Below, one piece after another: positions 63,421-64,000 of a stretch of DNA of 64,000 nt (the first letter of the stretch is position 1; every line of letters starts with the position of its first letter). Location of the stretch: NCBI GenBank assembly GCA_964188305.1, contig OZ076897.1; one strand, written 5' to 3'. The notes below the pieces were generated by a model, which had not been told where the DNA came from, ran no database searches, and saw nothing but the letters and a program-made list of their open reading frames with translations. This DNA comes from Podarcis bocagei. Lineage: Eukaryota. The translations under genes and the position numbers were made by a program.

Positions 63421-64000
63421 CTGAAGGTACATTCTTTCACCTCTGGTGGACGTGCCCAAGGATTAAGGCTTTCTGGGAAATGATATATAATGAATTGAAA
63501 AAGGTATTTAAGTATACCTTCTTGAAGAAACCAGAGGCCTTTCTCCTGGGCATAGTCAGCCAATTGGTGCCAAAGAAGGATAGAACTTTTTTTATGTATG
63601 CTACAACAGCTGCAAGAATTCTCATTGCAAAGTATTGGAAGACACAAGATCTACCCACCTTGGAAGAATGGCAGATGAAGGTGATAGACTATATGGAATT
63701 GGCAGAAATGACTGGCAGAATCCAGGACCAGGAAGAAGAGCTGGTGGAAGAAGATTGGAAGAAATTTAAATACTACTTACAGAAATATTGTAAAATTAAT
63801 GAATGTTAGAATGATGTTGGATAGAAATTAAGTGGTTTCTAGCTGTAATGCTTTAAGAGAATATGAAACAAAGGTCTATAAATGGGTAAAAGCTTAATGG
63901 TAAGGATTTGCTGAACTAATAAATTTAAGTGGAATACAAAAAAGGGAGGTATGAGGAGGTCCGGGGAAATAAGCTTAAGGAAAATAAGAAACGGAAAATT
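63421..64000 (+). mobile_element. L1/Tx1-clade LINE, 5'-truncated ORF2 C-terminus and 3' UTR (runs off the window)
   Basis: Open frame EGTFFHLWWTCPRIKAFWEMIYNEL...KPEAFLLG...AARILIAKYWK...PTLEEW (HxxWxC knuckle half); stop at 63809. Confidence 0.9.

Overview
Vertebrate genomic DNA, almost certainly from a squamate and probably a lacertid lizard (inferred from the Sauria SINE, BovB, CR1, L2 and Penelope repeats). The only protein-coding gene I can support is INHBA (inhibin beta A / activin A) on the + strand. It has a probable non-coding exon 1 (~38995-39060) behind CCAAT/TATA boxes, coding exon 41363-41750, a 10.9-kb phase-1 GT-AG intron, coding exon 52663-53540 (421-aa precursor, RRRRR furin site, 116-aa mature domain) and an apparent ~6.9-kb 3' UTR ending near 60485. 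The first ~38 kb is upstream non-coding DNA with transposon debris and candidate regulatory elements. The remaining ORFs in the track are spurious or retroelement fragments. I found no new multi-gene system. The best leads are a TSD-flanked ~95-bp Penelope insert that is little more than a minimal hammerhead ribozyme, an LF-SINE-like relic with an AP-1 site ~10 kb upstream of INHBA, a composite MITE containing an L2 tail, a two-segment templated duplication, a perfect DR0 nuclear-receptor element in the intron, and five substitutions in mature activin A. All comparisons with human sequence and repeat consensuses are from memory and need alignment.
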